Positions 43,884-54,545 of a stretch of 64,000 nucleotides of DNA are shown in pieces; the stretch's first letter is position 1, and each line of letters opens with the position of its first letter. Below the pieces are notes generated by a model. The model was not told the origin of the DNA, did not search any database, and saw only the letters and a list, made by a program, of their open reading frames with translations. The position numbers and the translations under genes were made by a program. The stretch is from the sequence record SRR22947727_95. One strand, 5' to 3'.

Positions 43884-44641
43884 ATCTTCCAGCCCCAATA
43901 TAAAGTTGCAATTCCCCCTGAAAATTTTCTAAAGGAAACTTTAGAAAATCCAGAAGTTTCAATCATACTGGAAAACTTATTTTGGCTAGGGAATCTACGT
44001 ATGGATTCAACCAAGTATTGATAACTCTCAACTTCGCCTGCAAGCAGATTTCCAATCTTAGGAATAAAGCTGAATGAGTAAGTATCATAAATTTTTCGTA
44101 AGTTTTTATCTTCAGGTGTTGAAAACTCGAGTACAAATAGTCTTCCGCCCGGTTTCAATACTCTAAAAAATTCGGTTAGAGCAGACTGTCTGTCTGTTAC
44201 ATTTCTAATCCCAAAAGCTATCGTAAGAACATCAGCACAATTGTCAGGAAAAGGAAGTTTTTGTGCGTCTCCGCAAACACGTGAAATGTTATTTTTATTC
44301 TTTATTTGATTAATTCCAGCCAACAACATTTGATCATTTATATCACATATATATGCAGTAGCGGATTCTCCTCCACGCCGGACCCTAACCGCCTCAGCAC
44401 GTTTTAAAAATCTATGCGCTAAATCACCTGTGCCTCCAGCGACATCAATTAATATCTCTCTTGGTTGAGGGTTTATTTTTGTGATTGTAAGGTTTTTCCA
44501 TAAACGATGAACACCAAATGACATAGCATCGTTCATTAAATCATATTTTCCAGCTACAGAGTCAAAAACGTTTTTTACTCGTTCTTTTTTTTCTTCAACT
44601 GGTATCTCTTGATAACCAAAATCGATTGTATTTTTATTCAT
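43880..44641 (-). CDS. ubiE: Ubiquinone/menaquinone biosynthesis C-methyltransferase UbiE
   Basis: VFDSVAGKYDLMNDAMSFGVHRLWK, DVAGGTGD, AFGIRNV, YLVESIRRFP. Confidence 0.96.
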   Translation of the reverse strand: MNKNTIDFGYQEIPVEEKKERVKNVFDSVAGKYDLMNDAMSFGVHRLWKNLTITKINPQPREILIDVAGGTGDLAHRFLKRAEAVRVRRGGESATAYICDINDQMLLAGINQIKNKNNISRVCGDAQKLPFPDNCADVLTIAFGIRNVTDRQSALTEFFRVLKPGGRLFVLEFSTPEDKNLRKIYDTYSFSFIPKIGNLLAGEVESYQYLVESIRRFPSQNKFSSMIETSGFSKVSFRKFSGGIATLYWGWKI

Positions 44642-44762
44642 ATTCTACGAATGCCTTCATTATAATCCTTAAGCTAGACGACACACTAGCGCACCACAAG
44701 ACCATACCCATAAATACTGAATGTGGCTCTTGCTATCTACAGAAAAATTGCGAAAATTAAAT

Positions 44763-45491
44763 ATGTTTAAAATTAAAAAAATTGATTCGTTATTTTTCAC
44801 GTCTTTTATATGTTTTATCTCACTCACCCTTACCGGATGTAGTGATAGTGGGGTTTCAAAATTCTCGCAAACAATAGAAAAAAATTCGGATGTCTCGCCA
44901 TATTTAATAGAAAATGACCATACTGTTGGTTCAAATAACGCCCCAGTCACTATTGTTGAATATGCTTCCGTAGCATGTGGTGCATGTGCCAATTGGCACA
45001 ACCAAGTATACCCAGAACTTAAGAGTAAATATGTCGATACGGGAAAAGTAAAATATGTTTTCCGAGAATTTGTCACTGGGGTTCCAGAATATGCAGATGC
45101 AGGTTTTATGATTGCACTCTGTGCACCAGAAGAGAATTACTTTAAGAATATTGCTCTACAATTTAAGCGGCAACAACAAATATTTAAGATGGGGTCAGAA
45201 GGAAAAGCACGTGAAGCGTATATTGGAATAGCTAAGTCTGCTGGATTATCAGAAGATAAGTTTTTAGAATGTATGCAGAATCAAGAACTACGATCTGAGT
45301 ACCGAAATAAAATGCAATCGGGTAAAGATATGGGCATCAATGCTACACCTACATTTATTATAAATGGTAAACAAGAAAAGGTATTTACCTTGGAATCCAT
45401 CGAAGAATTAATTATACCATTAATAGGTGTTACAGAAATTAAAGAAGATACTATTGAAGACTCCACTTCAACAGAGGCTATTAGTGGTTAA
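44763..45491 (+). CDS. DsbA-family thioredoxin-fold lipoprotein
   Basis: Lipobox LTGC, APVTIVEYASVACGAC, ATPTFIING; upstream of smc. Confidence 0.88.
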   Translation: MFKIKKIDSLFFTSFICFISLTLTGCSDSGVSKFSQTIEKNSDVSPYLIENDHTVGSNNAPVTIVEYASVACGACANWHNQVYPELKSKYVDTGKVKYVFREFVTGVPEYADAGFMIALCAPEENYFKNIALQFKRQQQIFKMGSEGKAREAYIGIAKSAGLSEDKFLECMQNQELRSEYRNKMQSGKDMGINATPTFIINGKQEKVFTLESIEELIIPLIGVTEIKEDTIEDSTSTEAISG

Positions 45492-45496
45492 TTCTG

Positions 45497-48400
45497 ATGG
45501 GGTCCCTGGTATTTAATCAAATCAAGTTAACAGGGTTCAAATCATTTGTAGAGCCAACTGATTTTATTATAAAGTCTGGCTTAACAGGAATAGTTGGCCC
45601 AAATGGGTGCGGAAAATCAAACCTGCTCGAGGCAATTAGATGGGTAATGGGGGCAAACTCTGCTAAAGCCATGCGCGGAGCTGCCATGGAAGATGTTATT
45701 TTTTCAGGTACCAAACAAAGGCCTGGCCGCAATCAAGCATATGTAACCCTCACAATTGATAATAGCTCGAGAATTGCACCTTCAATTTTTAATGACAATG
45801 ATACACTTGAAATTACGAGAATAATAACGAAAGGCAAAGGATCCGCCTACAAAGTAAACAATCGAACTGTAAGAGCTAAAGATGTTCAGCTTTTATTTGC
45901 TGATGCTAGCACCGGAGCCAACTCTCCAGCATTAGTTAGGCAAGGTCAAATTAATGAATTAATTTCAGCAAAGCCCTCTAATAGACGTCGTATTTTAGAA
46001 GAAGCTGCCGGTATATCTGGACTTTATTCAAGAAGACATGAGGCTGAACTACGACTTAAAGCTGCAGAAACTAATTTATCTCGGCTTGACGTAATATTGG
46101 GACAAATTGAAAGCCAACTTTTATCTTTAAAACGGCAATCAAGACAAGCTGCTAGATATAAACGGCTTGCGGGAGAAATACATGAATATAAAGCCTTATT
46201 GTGGCTTATAAGATGGTCAGCTGCACTTGAAGGTCATGAGCAATCCTCAGAAACAGTCAGAAAATGTGAGAAATTAGTTTCTGATACTGCATTAAAAGCT
46301 CTGAACATTCAAAATATTGCCGAAAAAATGCGAGTTTCACTTGAGCCAAAGCGTGAGGAGCAAATAATAGCAGCAGCAGTTTTAGGAAGATTGAATGCTT
46401 CAAAAGAAGCTTTAGAGAATGAGGAGTATGCTGCTAAATCAGAACTACGAAAACTAGAAACTCAAAAGGAACAGCTCGAAACAGATCTTTCTCGAGAAAA
46501 AGGCATTGTAGAAGATGCATCAATTGCAGAGGCAAGACTAAATAGTGAGTTTGAAAAATTAAATTCAGCTGAAGATATAAGTTTAGTATTGCAAGAAGCA
46601 GCTGATAGCGCGGAATTGGCAATATCAAAAAGGTCAAACCTAGAGAGTGAATATAATGAGTACACTCGAAAGATAGCAGATCATATTGCGAGAAATGAAG
46701 CAATTAATAAAGAAAAAAAACAAATAGAAGACCGACTTAAAAAACTTAAAGAAGAAGATAAAGAAATAAATTATAAATTAAATGATATAAAAGGAGAAAA
46801 AAATTCTAGTGAAAATCTTTTTTCAACTGAAGCAAAACAAGCTTTAATTGATCTAGAACTTGCAAGAAAAAAAGAATTAAGCCATTTGGCAGTAAAACAA
46901 AGCATTGAAAATAAGTGTAATATTGCCAGTGAATTATTTCAAAAGTCTCAAAATAAATTATCTACTCTTCTTGCAGAAAAATCAGCACTTAAAAAAGTTA
47001 TTACTCGTGCGTACGACTCTAATTGGACGCCCGTCTTATCTTTGCTTGACGTTCAAAAGGGGTATGAGTTAGCAATTGCTGCATCAGTGGGAGAAGATTT
47101 GGATGCAGCAATTGATAATGGAGCAAATTTAAGGTGGTCTGGTGCGCCTACGCCATCACAAACTTTACCGCCAGGAGCACAATCAATAACTCATTTTGTT
47201 AAAGCACCTCGTGAATTGCAAGCTAGAATGTCTCAGATAGGTGTAGTTCATGTCGAAAAAATAGTCACATTGGCTAGAGAATTAAAACCAGGACAGTGCC
47301 TTGTAACAGTTGAAGGTCATGTAGCGCGATGGGATGGATTTGAAATAACTGCAGGAACGGAAACTTCCGCAGCCATCAAAATAAAACAACAAGCAAGAAT
47401 AAATGAAATCACAGAAGAAATAAATGTCCTTGAAAGAGAAACTAATAACTATCGAACTAACCTTGAAAAACTAAAAAGTGATTTGTCCTCAGCAACTGAT
47501 GAAGTTTTGCTAGCGAAAAAAGCTCTCCCTGAACTTGAAAGACGTGAAAGGTCTGCTCAACTTGCTAAAGTAAAGTATGAATCAGATATAACAACACAAA
47601 TTATAAAAAAGCAGTCTCTTGTTGGGCGAAAAGATCAGATCACTAATGAAATAACAAAATTAAATGCACAATATGAACCTTTATTACAACTTCATTCAAA
47701 TCTTTCAAAAGTTGAAGATCTTTCAAAAGTACAGAATGACGTATCCATAAGACTTAATAATGCAAGGTCTATTGCAGATGAAAAAAGTGGCCTATATCAA
47801 GGCTTAAAAAATGAACTACAAACAAGATCCTTGAGACTTAGGTCTGTTGTAGAAGAGAGATCAAATTGGAAAATTCGTTCTGAAACAGCCACATCACGCG
47901 TTATTATACTCGAGGGAAGGCTGAGTGCAGTTGAACTCGTTCTGAGTAAAGCACTAAATAATCCTGATGAGTTTAGCGATAGAAGAAATAAGTTATTTAG
48001 AGAATTAGAAAAAGCTGAAAAAAAACGATCTGATGCAGCTGATACGCTCGCAAAGGCAGAAAAAGAATTTCAAGAAACTGATAGAACAGCTAGATCCGCA
48101 GAAGCTAAAGCCAGCGAAGCTCGTGAAACAAGAGCATCTGCTCTGGCGCATGAGATAGCTGCTAAAGAAAAAATAGTAGAAACTCAAGCTCGTATTAATG
48201 AAGCCCTTCAGTGTACACCAGAAGACTTACCTACACATCTTATTAATCTAAAACCAGACAGCGCACTTTCTGAATATGATATTGAACGCAAAATTGAGAG
48301 ACTTTCTAATGAGCGCGAAAGAATGGGCGATGTAAATTTACGTGCTGATGAAGAAACTAATGAGCAAAAAGATAAGTTTGAAGAGCTAAACAAAGAGCGT

Positions 48401-48949
48401 TTGGACTTACAAGCCGCAATTAACAGGCTTAGGGATGGGATCAGTGAATTAAATGCAGAAGGAAGACAACGCCTTCTTAAAGCATTTGATATCGTAAATG
48501 AACATTTTAGCAAACTATTTAAAACTCTTTTTGGTGGAGGTGAAGCCTCACTTGCTCTAACAGAATCCGATGATCCTTTAGAGGCTGGTCTAGAGGTAAT
48601 GGTTAGTCCGCCAGGAAAAAAACTAGGCTCTATGTCACTCATGTCAGGTGGAGAGCAAGCCTTAACAGCCACTGCGCTAATATTTGCAGTATTTTTATCA
48701 AATCCTGCTCCGATTTGTGTATTAGATGAAGTTGATGCCCCCTTAGACGACACCAATGTAACAAGATATTGCAATCTCCTTGATGCAATGACAAAACAAA
48801 CAAAAACCAAATTCATAGCCATAACACATAATGCAGTTACAATGAGTCGAATGGATAGACTTTTTGGCGTTACGATGGCAGAGCAAGGTGTATCGCAACT
48901 TCTATCAATGGAGCTTGGGGATGCTAAGAATTTAGTTGCGGATGAATAA
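45497..48949 (+). CDS. smc: Chromosome segregation protein SMC
   Basis: GFKSF, GPNGCGKSN, coiled coils, MSGGEQ, LDEVDAPLD, ITH. Confidence 0.97.
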   Translation: MGSLVFNQIKLTGFKSFVEPTDFIIKSGLTGIVGPNGCGKSNLLEAIRWVMGANSAKAMRGAAMEDVIFSGTKQRPGRNQAYVTLTIDNSSRIAPSIFNDNDTLEITRIITKGKGSAYKVNNRTVRAKDVQLLFADASTGANSPALVRQGQINELISAKPSNRRRILEEAAGISGLYSRRHEAELRLKAAETNLSRLDVILGQIESQLLSLKRQSRQAARYKRLAGEIHEYKALLWLIRWSAALEGHEQSSETVRKCEKLVSDTALKALNIQNIAEKMRVSLEPKREEQIIAAAVLGRLNASKEALENEEYAAKSELRKLETQKEQLETDLSREKGIVEDASIAEARLNSEFEKLNSAEDISLVLQEAADSAELAISKRSNLESEYNEYTRKIADHIARNEAINKEKKQIEDRLKKLKEEDKEINYKLNDIKGEKNSSENLFSTEAKQALIDLELARKKELSHLAVKQSIENKCNIASELFQKSQNKLSTLLAEKSALKKVITRAYDSNWTPVLSLLDVQKGYELAIAASVGEDLDAAIDNGANLRWSGAPTPSQTLPPGAQSITHFVKAPRELQARMSQIGVVHVEKIVTLARELKPGQCLVTVEGHVARWDGFEITAGTETSAAIKIKQQARINEITEEINVLERETNNYRTNLEKLKSDLSSATDEVLLAKKALPELERRERSAQLAKVKYESDITTQIIKKQSLVGRKDQITNEITKLNAQYEPLLQLHSNLSKVEDLSKVQNDVSIRLNNARSIADEKSGLYQGLKNELQTRSLRLRSVVEERSNWKIRSETATSRVIILEGRLSAVELVLSKALNNPDEFSDRRNKLFRELEKAEKKRSDAADTLAKAEKEFQETDRTARSAEAKASEARETRASALAHEIAAKEKIVETQARINEALQCTPEDLPTHLINLKPDSALSEYDIERKIERLSNERERMGDVNLRADEETNEQKDKFEELNKERLDLQAAINRLRDGISELNAEGRQRLLKAFDIVNEHFSKLFKTLFGGGEASLALTESDDPLEAGLEVMVSPPGKKLGSMSLMSGGEQALTATALIFAVFLSNPAPICVLDEVDAPLDDTNVTRYCNLLDAMTKQTKTKFIAITHNAVTMSRMDRLFGVTMAEQGVSQLLSMELGDAKNLVADE

Positions 48950-48967
48950 CATTTTAAAAAATGACTC

Positions 48968-48983
48968 TGCACAGATTGTCGCA
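48968..48983 (+). promoter_or_regulatory. Candidate RegA/PrrA-like binding site upstream of the Fo operon
   Basis: TGCACAGATTGTCGCA; near-identical to the site upstream of atpH, in the same orientation relative to transcription. Confidence 0.45.
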
Positions 48984-49042
48984 CTTAAAAATAATGTAAT
49001 AATTTATAATAAAATCAGTTATTTAGTATATAAATGTCACTG

Positions 49043-49071
49043 TTGACTTATACTTGCCCAATAGGTAGGTT
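49043..49071 (+). promoter_or_regulatory. Sigma70-type promoter of the Fo operon
   Basis: TTGACT-N17-TAGGTT followed by GC-rich CCGCCCGC. Confidence 0.6.
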
Positions 49072-49126
49072 CCGCCCGCTTTGGTAGAGTTTATTTTAGA
49101 TTCTATTGAGGTTCGAGTAAGTAACC

Positions 49127-49435
49127 ATGACAAACAAAAACGGAATATCTCAAGAAGCTCAAAAAGATCCACTTAAGGTTTTTGATAAAAAGTTAAAAGC
49201 TTTAAAAAGTGACAATAAAGGCCATGAGATTGAAAAAAGTAGTTCTGGAATGGCAACAGGCTTGAAATATGCTAGCGAATTCTCAGCTGCTGTGCTAGTA
49301 GGTGCGTTTTTTGGATACTTGGCTGATAAATACATAGGTACTACACCTTGGGGTTTATTAGTGGGTTTAATATTTGGGTTTGGCGCAGGCGTTATAAATG
49401 TTATACGTGCTGCAAAAGAAGGAATGAATGGTTAA
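49127..49435 (+). CDS. atpI: ATP synthase accessory protein AtpI/AtpZ family
   Basis: SEFSAAVLVG...GYLADKYIGTTPWGL; first gene of the Fo operon. Confidence 0.9.
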   Translation: MTNKNGISQEAQKDPLKVFDKKLKALKSDNKGHEIEKSSSGMATGLKYASEFSAAVLVGAFFGYLADKYIGTTPWGLLVGLIFGFGAGVINVIRAAKEGMNG

Positions 49436-49472
49436 AACAGTTTTGTCTGTTAAAACCTAAGAGGAAATATAG

Positions 49473-50237
49473 ATGATCGCAGCAGGTCTAGACCCTATTG
49501 CTCAGTTCGAAATCCATAAATTGGTAGAACTGAGTATTGGTAAGTACGATATAAGCTTTACAAACTCCTCTTTGATGATGGTTGTTGCAGTACTGTCGGT
49601 ATCTATATGGCTTTTATTATCTAGTAAAAAATCACTAGTACCTGGAAGAGCCCAATCAGTAGCAGAAATTTCCTATGAGTTTGTCGCAGATATGGTTAAA
49701 TCAGCGGCAGGTAAGGAGGGTCTACGGTTTTTTCCCTTTGTTTTCACTTTATTTATATTCATACTATTTGCTAATCTTTTAGGAATGATCCCGTTTTTCT
49801 TTACAACCACAAGCCATATAATTGTGACTTTTACTTTGGCAATGATGGTAATGAGTCTAGTTATTGGATACGGAGTATTCAAAAATGGTTTTAAATTTTT
49901 AAAGTTATTTTGGCCTTCTGGAATTCCTATGGCAATATTGCCTTTTGTTTCAATTTTAGAGATTATATCATTTGTATCCAGACCAATAAGTCTTTCTGTT
50001 AGACTATGGGCAAACATGTTTGCAGGACATATCTTACTCAAACTTTTCGCTGGGTTTTCAATCATGATGATTACCGGGTTAGGTTTTTTCCCAGGAGCGA
50101 TAGGTGCGTTAATTCCCTACGCGATGACCTTAGCTCTAACACCACTAGAATTCCTGGTTGCATTTGTGCAAGCATACGTTTTCGCCCTGCTTACATGCGT
50201 CTATTTATCTGATGCATTGCATCCAGGACATCATTAA
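49473..50237 (+). CDS. atpB: ATP synthase Fo subunit a
   Basis: SFTNSS, PGRAQS, RPISLSVRLWANMFAGH, QAYVF. Confidence 0.97.
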   Translation: MIAAGLDPIAQFEIHKLVELSIGKYDISFTNSSLMMVVAVLSVSIWLLLSSKKSLVPGRAQSVAEISYEFVADMVKSAAGKEGLRFFPFVFTLFIFILFANLLGMIPFFFTTTSHIIVTFTLAMMVMSLVIGYGVFKNGFKFLKLFWPSGIPMAILPFVSILEIISFVSRPISLSVRLWANMFAGHILLKLFAGFSIMMITGLGFFPGAIGALIPYAMTLALTPLEFLVAFVQAYVFALLTCVYLSDALHPGHH

Positions 50238-50270
50238 CTGCAATTTAACGCTTTTCTATAGGAGATTAAC

Positions 50271-50498
50271 ATGGAAGCAGAAGCAGCAAAATACATAGGC
50301 GCAGGCCTTGCATGTTTAGGTATGGCTGGTGCCGGTATCGGTGTCGGCAACCTATTTGGCCAGTACTTATCAGGCGCACTAAGAAATCCATCAGCTGCAC
50401 CAGGTCAGTTCTCAAACCTCATCTTTGGTTTTGCCGTTACTGAGGCCTTGGGAATATTTTCATTCGCAGTTGCGCTGATATTAATGTTCGTTCTTTAA
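50271..50498 (+). CDS. atpE: ATP synthase Fo subunit c
   Basis: [18 protein letters not shown] (no Na+-type signature). Confidence 0.98.
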   Translation: MEAEAAKYIGAGLACLGMAGAGIGVGNLFGQYLSGALRNPSAAPGQFSNLIFGFAVTEALGIFSFAVALILMFVL

Positions 50499-50524
50499 TA
50501 TAATAAACCAACAAAGGCGTCGCT

Positions 50525-51091
50525 ATGCTTAACGCGATAACATTGATTGGGTTAAATCTAGCTCCTACCGGATCAAAAAATGTAAATGGTGGAGAGCTTA
50601 TGGAGGAAGCACCGTTTCCTCCATTTGACCCTACTTATTTTCCTAGTCAAATATTTTGGCTTTTAGTAAGCTTTTTTGCATTGTATTTTTTGCTTTCAAA
50701 AATCTTCTTACCCAAAATATCTTGGGCAATAGATGAAAGGTCAGAAAAAATATCAGATGACTTAGAGAACGCAGAGCGCATGCAAAAAGAAGCTCAGGAA
50801 GCAGAGATATCATACACAGAAAGTTTAGCGCTCGCCAGAGCTAAATCAAATAGCGTTGCTGAAACTACTCGCCAAGCAATTGAAGCTGAACTTAAACTTG
50901 AAATGGATGCCGAAAACAAAAAAGCAGATATTAAATCAAAAGCAGCAGAAGATCATATTAAATCAATTCGCGATAACGCTATGAAAAATTTAGAAATTGT
51001 ATCATGTGAAGTTGCTCAAACTGCAATTGAATCACTTACAGGCAGCAAAATAAGCTTAAAAGTAATTAAGAAAGCACTTAAAGAAGGCTAA
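50525..51091 (+). CDS. ATP synthase Fo subunit b'
   Basis: FPPFDPTYFPSQIFWL, TM helix plus coiled coil. Confidence 0.92.
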   Translation: MLNAITLIGLNLAPTGSKNVNGGELMEEAPFPPFDPTYFPSQIFWLLVSFFALYFLLSKIFLPKISWAIDERSEKISDDLENAERMQKEAQEAEISYTESLALARAKSNSVAETTRQAIEAELKLEMDAENKKADIKSKAAEDHIKSIRDNAMKNLEIVSCEVAQTAIESLTGSKISLKVIKKALKEG

Positions 51092-51096
51092 GAGTT

Positions 51097-51597
51097 ATGC
51101 ATTTTGATTTTGCTTTAAACAGTCCAACAATATGGGTTTTCTTGGCTGTTATAATTTTTATTTTACTACTTGGATACTTTGGTATTCACAAAAAAATTGC
51201 AACATCCCTAGATACTAGGTCTGAAAAAATAAGAAACGAGCTCAAGCAAGCAACGCTTTTACGCGAAGAAGCACAAGCGCTAGTTACATCTTATATTAAC
51301 AAACAAAAAGAAGCTGAAAAACAAGCAAAAAATATAATCAAACAAGCTCAAAAAGATGCTGAAAATATGGCAAAAATTGCTAGAGAGGAATTTGAGGTAA
51401 AACTCAAGCGTAGAGAAGAACAAGCAGAAGCAAAAATTAAAGCTGCAGAAGCACAGGCTATGCGTGATGTGAAATCAAAAGCTGCTAATACCGCAATCGC
51501 AGCAGTAGAAAAAATTCTACGGTCAGGTGGCATTGTTGACCATGACGAACTAATCAAAAATGGAATTTCTGAATTAGGAAAGCTTCAGAATAAGTAA
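51097..51597 (+). CDS. atpF: ATP synthase Fo subunit b
   Basis: TM helix, LDTRSEKIRNEL, coiled coil. Confidence 0.93.
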   Translation: MHFDFALNSPTIWVFLAVIIFILLLGYFGIHKKIATSLDTRSEKIRNELKQATLLREEAQALVTSYINKQKEAEKQAKNIIKQAQKDAENMAKIAREEFEVKLKRREEQAEAKIKAAEAQAMRDVKSKAANTAIAAVEKILRSGGIVDHDELIKNGISELGKLQNK

Positions 51598-51607
51598 ATA
51601 ACAAAGC

Positions 51608-53155
51608 TCAAGCGTCATATCTTAAAATTGGCTTTCGTGCTGCTAGAGTTTCATCAAGCCTTTTGGTAGGGGCATATTGTGGAGCAGACTTAAAACTTTC
51701 TACATCCCCGTTTTTAGCTTTTTTAGCTAAGCCTCTCATTGTATGAATAAATCTATCTAGCTCATATTTTGATTCACTTTCCGTAGGCTCTATCAACATT
51801 GCCCCATGAACGACCAAAGGAAAGTACATAGTCATTGGATGATAGCCTTCATCTATCATGGCTTTTGCAAAATCAATTGTATCAATTCCAGTATTCTTTA
51901 AAAAAGTATCATTAAATAGTACTTCATGCATGCAATGACCAGAGTAGGCAGGTGACATTAAATCAGATAAAGATGCTAATATATAATTAGCATTCAGTAC
52001 TGCATCTTCAGTGGCTTGTTTTAATCCATCTCTACCATGGCTCATTAAATATGACAGCGCTCTACTATACATACCCATTTGACCATGAAATGCACAAAGT
52101 CTTCCCATAGACATTTCATCAATTTCTTCAACTAGACTATAATAACCGAGCTTATCTTTAATAACATAAGGTACTGGCGCAAAGTCTTTGAGAGCTTCTG
52201 ACAAAACAGTAGGTCCAGAACCGGGGCCTCCACCACCATGAGGAGTTGAAAATGTTTTATGAAGATTAATATGCATCGCATCCACCCCCAAATCTCCTGG
52301 TCTAACGCGTCCAACTAAAGCATTGAAATTAGCACCATCACAATAAAAGTATCCACCTGCAGAATGAATAAGTTCAGAAATTTCAATTATTTCACTTTCA
52401 AATAAACCACATGTGTTGGGGTTAGTTAACATTATCCCAGCTATATCGTTATTTTCCCCTAATTCATTTACCTTGGAACGCAGTACTTTCATATCAATGC
52501 AACCTTTGTCATTAGCTGGGAGTTCATCCACAAAAAAACCACATTGCACTGCAGTTGCAGGGTTAGTCCCATGAGCGCTTTCTGGCACAAAAACTCTACG
52601 TTTATGACTGTTTCCATCTGCATCCAAACGAGCACGAATAGTCATCATTCCGCAAAGCTCACCATGCGCTCCAGCCTTAGGTGTGAGCGCAACTGCAGGC
52701 ATATTGCATAATTTAGTTAGCCAATTGGATAACTCATACATGAGTTCTAGGGCACCTTGCACTGTTGATATTGGTTGCAATGGGTGAACATCAGCAAATC
52801 CGGGTAGTCTTGCAATTTTTTCATTTAACCTTGGATTGTGCTTCATAGTGCAAGATCCAAGAGGATAGACTCCTAAATCAATAGCGTAATTTTTTTGAGA
52901 TAAGCGTACATAATGCCTAAGTATTTCTGGCTCAGAAAGGCCCGGAAGCTCAATATCTTTTTTTTGCTCTAGGCCGCCAAGCCGGTACTCCAAACCCTTA
53001 GCGGCTGGAAAATCAATACCTGTTTTATTGAAGTTTCCCGTTTCAAATATTAACTTCGTAGCTTGCTCTAATGCCTTATTACCGGAAAAACTTTTAGAGA
53101 CATTATAGTTTATTTTAGTCGGTGCGGTAATCCTACCTTGGGTATTCATACTCAT
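51608..53155 (-). CDS. gcvPB: Glycine dehydrogenase (decarboxylating) subunit 2
   Basis: PLGSCTMKHNP, SAHGTNPA, HINLHKTFSTPHGGGGPG, IEPTESE. Confidence 0.97.
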   Translation of the reverse strand: MSMNTQGRITAPTKINYNVSKSFSGNKALEQATKLIFETGNFNKTGIDFPAAKGLEYRLGGLEQKKDIELPGLSEPEILRHYVRLSQKNYAIDLGVYPLGSCTMKHNPRLNEKIARLPGFADVHPLQPISTVQGALELMYELSNWLTKLCNMPAVALTPKAGAHGELCGMMTIRARLDADGNSHKRRVFVPESAHGTNPATAVQCGFFVDELPANDKGCIDMKVLRSKVNELGENNDIAGIMLTNPNTCGLFESEIIEISELIHSAGGYFYCDGANFNALVGRVRPGDLGVDAMHINLHKTFSTPHGGGGPGSGPTVLSEALKDFAPVPYVIKDKLGYYSLVEEIDEMSMGRLCAFHGQMGMYSRALSYLMSHGRDGLKQATEDAVLNANYILASLSDLMSPAYSGHCMHEVLFNDTFLKNTGIDTIDFAKAMIDEGYHPMTMYFPLVVHGAMLIEPTESESKYELDRFIHTMRGLAKKAKNGDVESFKSAPQYAPTKRLDETLAARKPILRYDA

Positions 53156-54504
53156 CGTAATTCTTCTTCTAATGCACTACAAAGTGTATCAATATCATGC
53201 TGATCAACAATTTCTGTTGCACATATTAGTAATATATCTTTTGCACCAGCTTTATTTAATCGAGAAAATGGTACTCCTCCAAGAATATTCTTGCTAGCTA
53301 GAGAATCCACAACATCTTCCGCACATTTATCAAGCTCTACTGCGAATTCATTAAAAAAAGAAGAATTCAATACTTTTGCACCATTTATTTTATCAATTCT
53401 GGCCGCTAATAAGTTTGCTTTCTCATGGTTCAAGATAGCAAGTTTACGTAATCCTTTACCTCCTAATAAACTCATATGAATTGAAAATGCCAAACAACAT
53501 AAACCGCTATTAGTACATATATTTGAAGTTGCCTTATCTCTTCTAATATGTTGCTCACGTGTTGACAAAGTTAGCACAAAGGCTCGATTACCATCTGCAT
53601 CAATAGTTTCACCACAAATTCTTCCTGGCATTTGACGAACTAGCTTTTTATTGCAAGCGAATAAACCTACATGAGGTCCGCCAAAGTTAAGACCAACTCC
53701 TATTCCTTGACCCTCACCTACAACTATATCAGCTCCCTGCTCTCCTGGAGGTTTGATAAGGCCTAAAGCTACTGGCTCAGTAAAAACAGCAATTAATAGA
53801 GCTTTATGTTGATGCGCTTTTTCAGCAATAGGAGTTAAGTCAACAATTTCTCCGAATACATTTGGTGATTGCACAACAATACAGGCTGTTTCGTCATTAA
53901 TTAAATCTATGACTTCATAATCAGAAGAAATTTCTGAGTCTAATACACATACATCAATGTCAACAGAGGATGCAAGAGTTTTGGTCGCTAATGAATAATG
54001 TGGATGCAAACCAGGAGCAATAATAGCCTTATGTTTTTTTGTTACCCGTTTAGCCATTACAACCGCTTCTGCGCAAGCGGTTGATCCATCATACATAGAA
54101 GCATTTGCAACTTCCATTCCGGTAAGAATTGCAACCTGCGATTGAAACTCAAATAACACCTGAAGTGTACCTTGACTTATTTCAGGTTGATAAGGTGTAT
54201 ATGCTGTCAAAAACTCTGATCTTTGAATTAAATGGTCAACAGATGACGGCACATGGTGTTTATAAGCTCCCGCACCGCAAAAAAATGGAACTGAAGAAGC
54301 ATTAATTGACTTATCGGATAATCTGATCATATATTTTTCAACTTCAGATTCGGGTTTATGGCATGGAAGGTCAAATAATTCTGATGAACGTGCCTGTTTT
54401 GGGATACATTCAAATAAGTCTTCTATATCTTTAACACCTATTGCCCCCAACATTTGAGATCGATCTTTATTGTCTAAAGGTAGATAACGCATATAATTTT
54501 CCAT
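53152..54504 (-). CDS. gcvPA: Glycine dehydrogenase (decarboxylating) subunit 1
   Basis: TAYTPYQPEISQG, NASMYDG, TREQHIRRDKATSNICTN. Start may be ATG 54492. Confidence 0.97.
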   Translation of the reverse strand: MENYMRYLPLDNKDRSQMLGAIGVKDIEDLFECIPKQARSSELFDLPCHKPESEVEKYMIRLSDKSINASSVPFFCGAGAYKHHVPSSVDHLIQRSEFLTAYTPYQPEISQGTLQVLFEFQSQVAILTGMEVANASMYDGSTACAEAVVMAKRVTKKHKAIIAPGLHPHYSLATKTLASSVDIDVCVLDSEISSDYEVIDLINDETACIVVQSPNVFGEIVDLTPIAEKAHQHKALLIAVFTEPVALGLIKPPGEQGADIVVGEGQGIGVGLNFGGPHVGLFACNKKLVRQMPGRICGETIDADGNRAFVLTLSTREQHIRRDKATSNICTNSGLCCLAFSIHMSLLGGKGLRKLAILNHEKANLLAARIDKINGAKVLNSSFFNEFAVELDKCAEDVVDSLASKNILGGVPFSRLNKAGAKDILLICATEIVDQHDIDTLCSALEEELR

Positions 54505-54545
54505 AGGTACATAATTTATTTCTCTTTTAAACGAATTTGTATGAA

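Noticed and set aside
48208-48984. 258-aa ORF antisense to smc
   Set aside because: It lies on the reverse strand of the conserved SMC C-terminal region and has no recognisable motifs; shadow ORF.
50271-50498. Na+-coupled energetics (Na+-ATP synthase or Na+-PPase)
   Set aside because: Subunit c lacks the Na+-binding signature, and HppA has the K+-independent Lys typical of H+ pumps.
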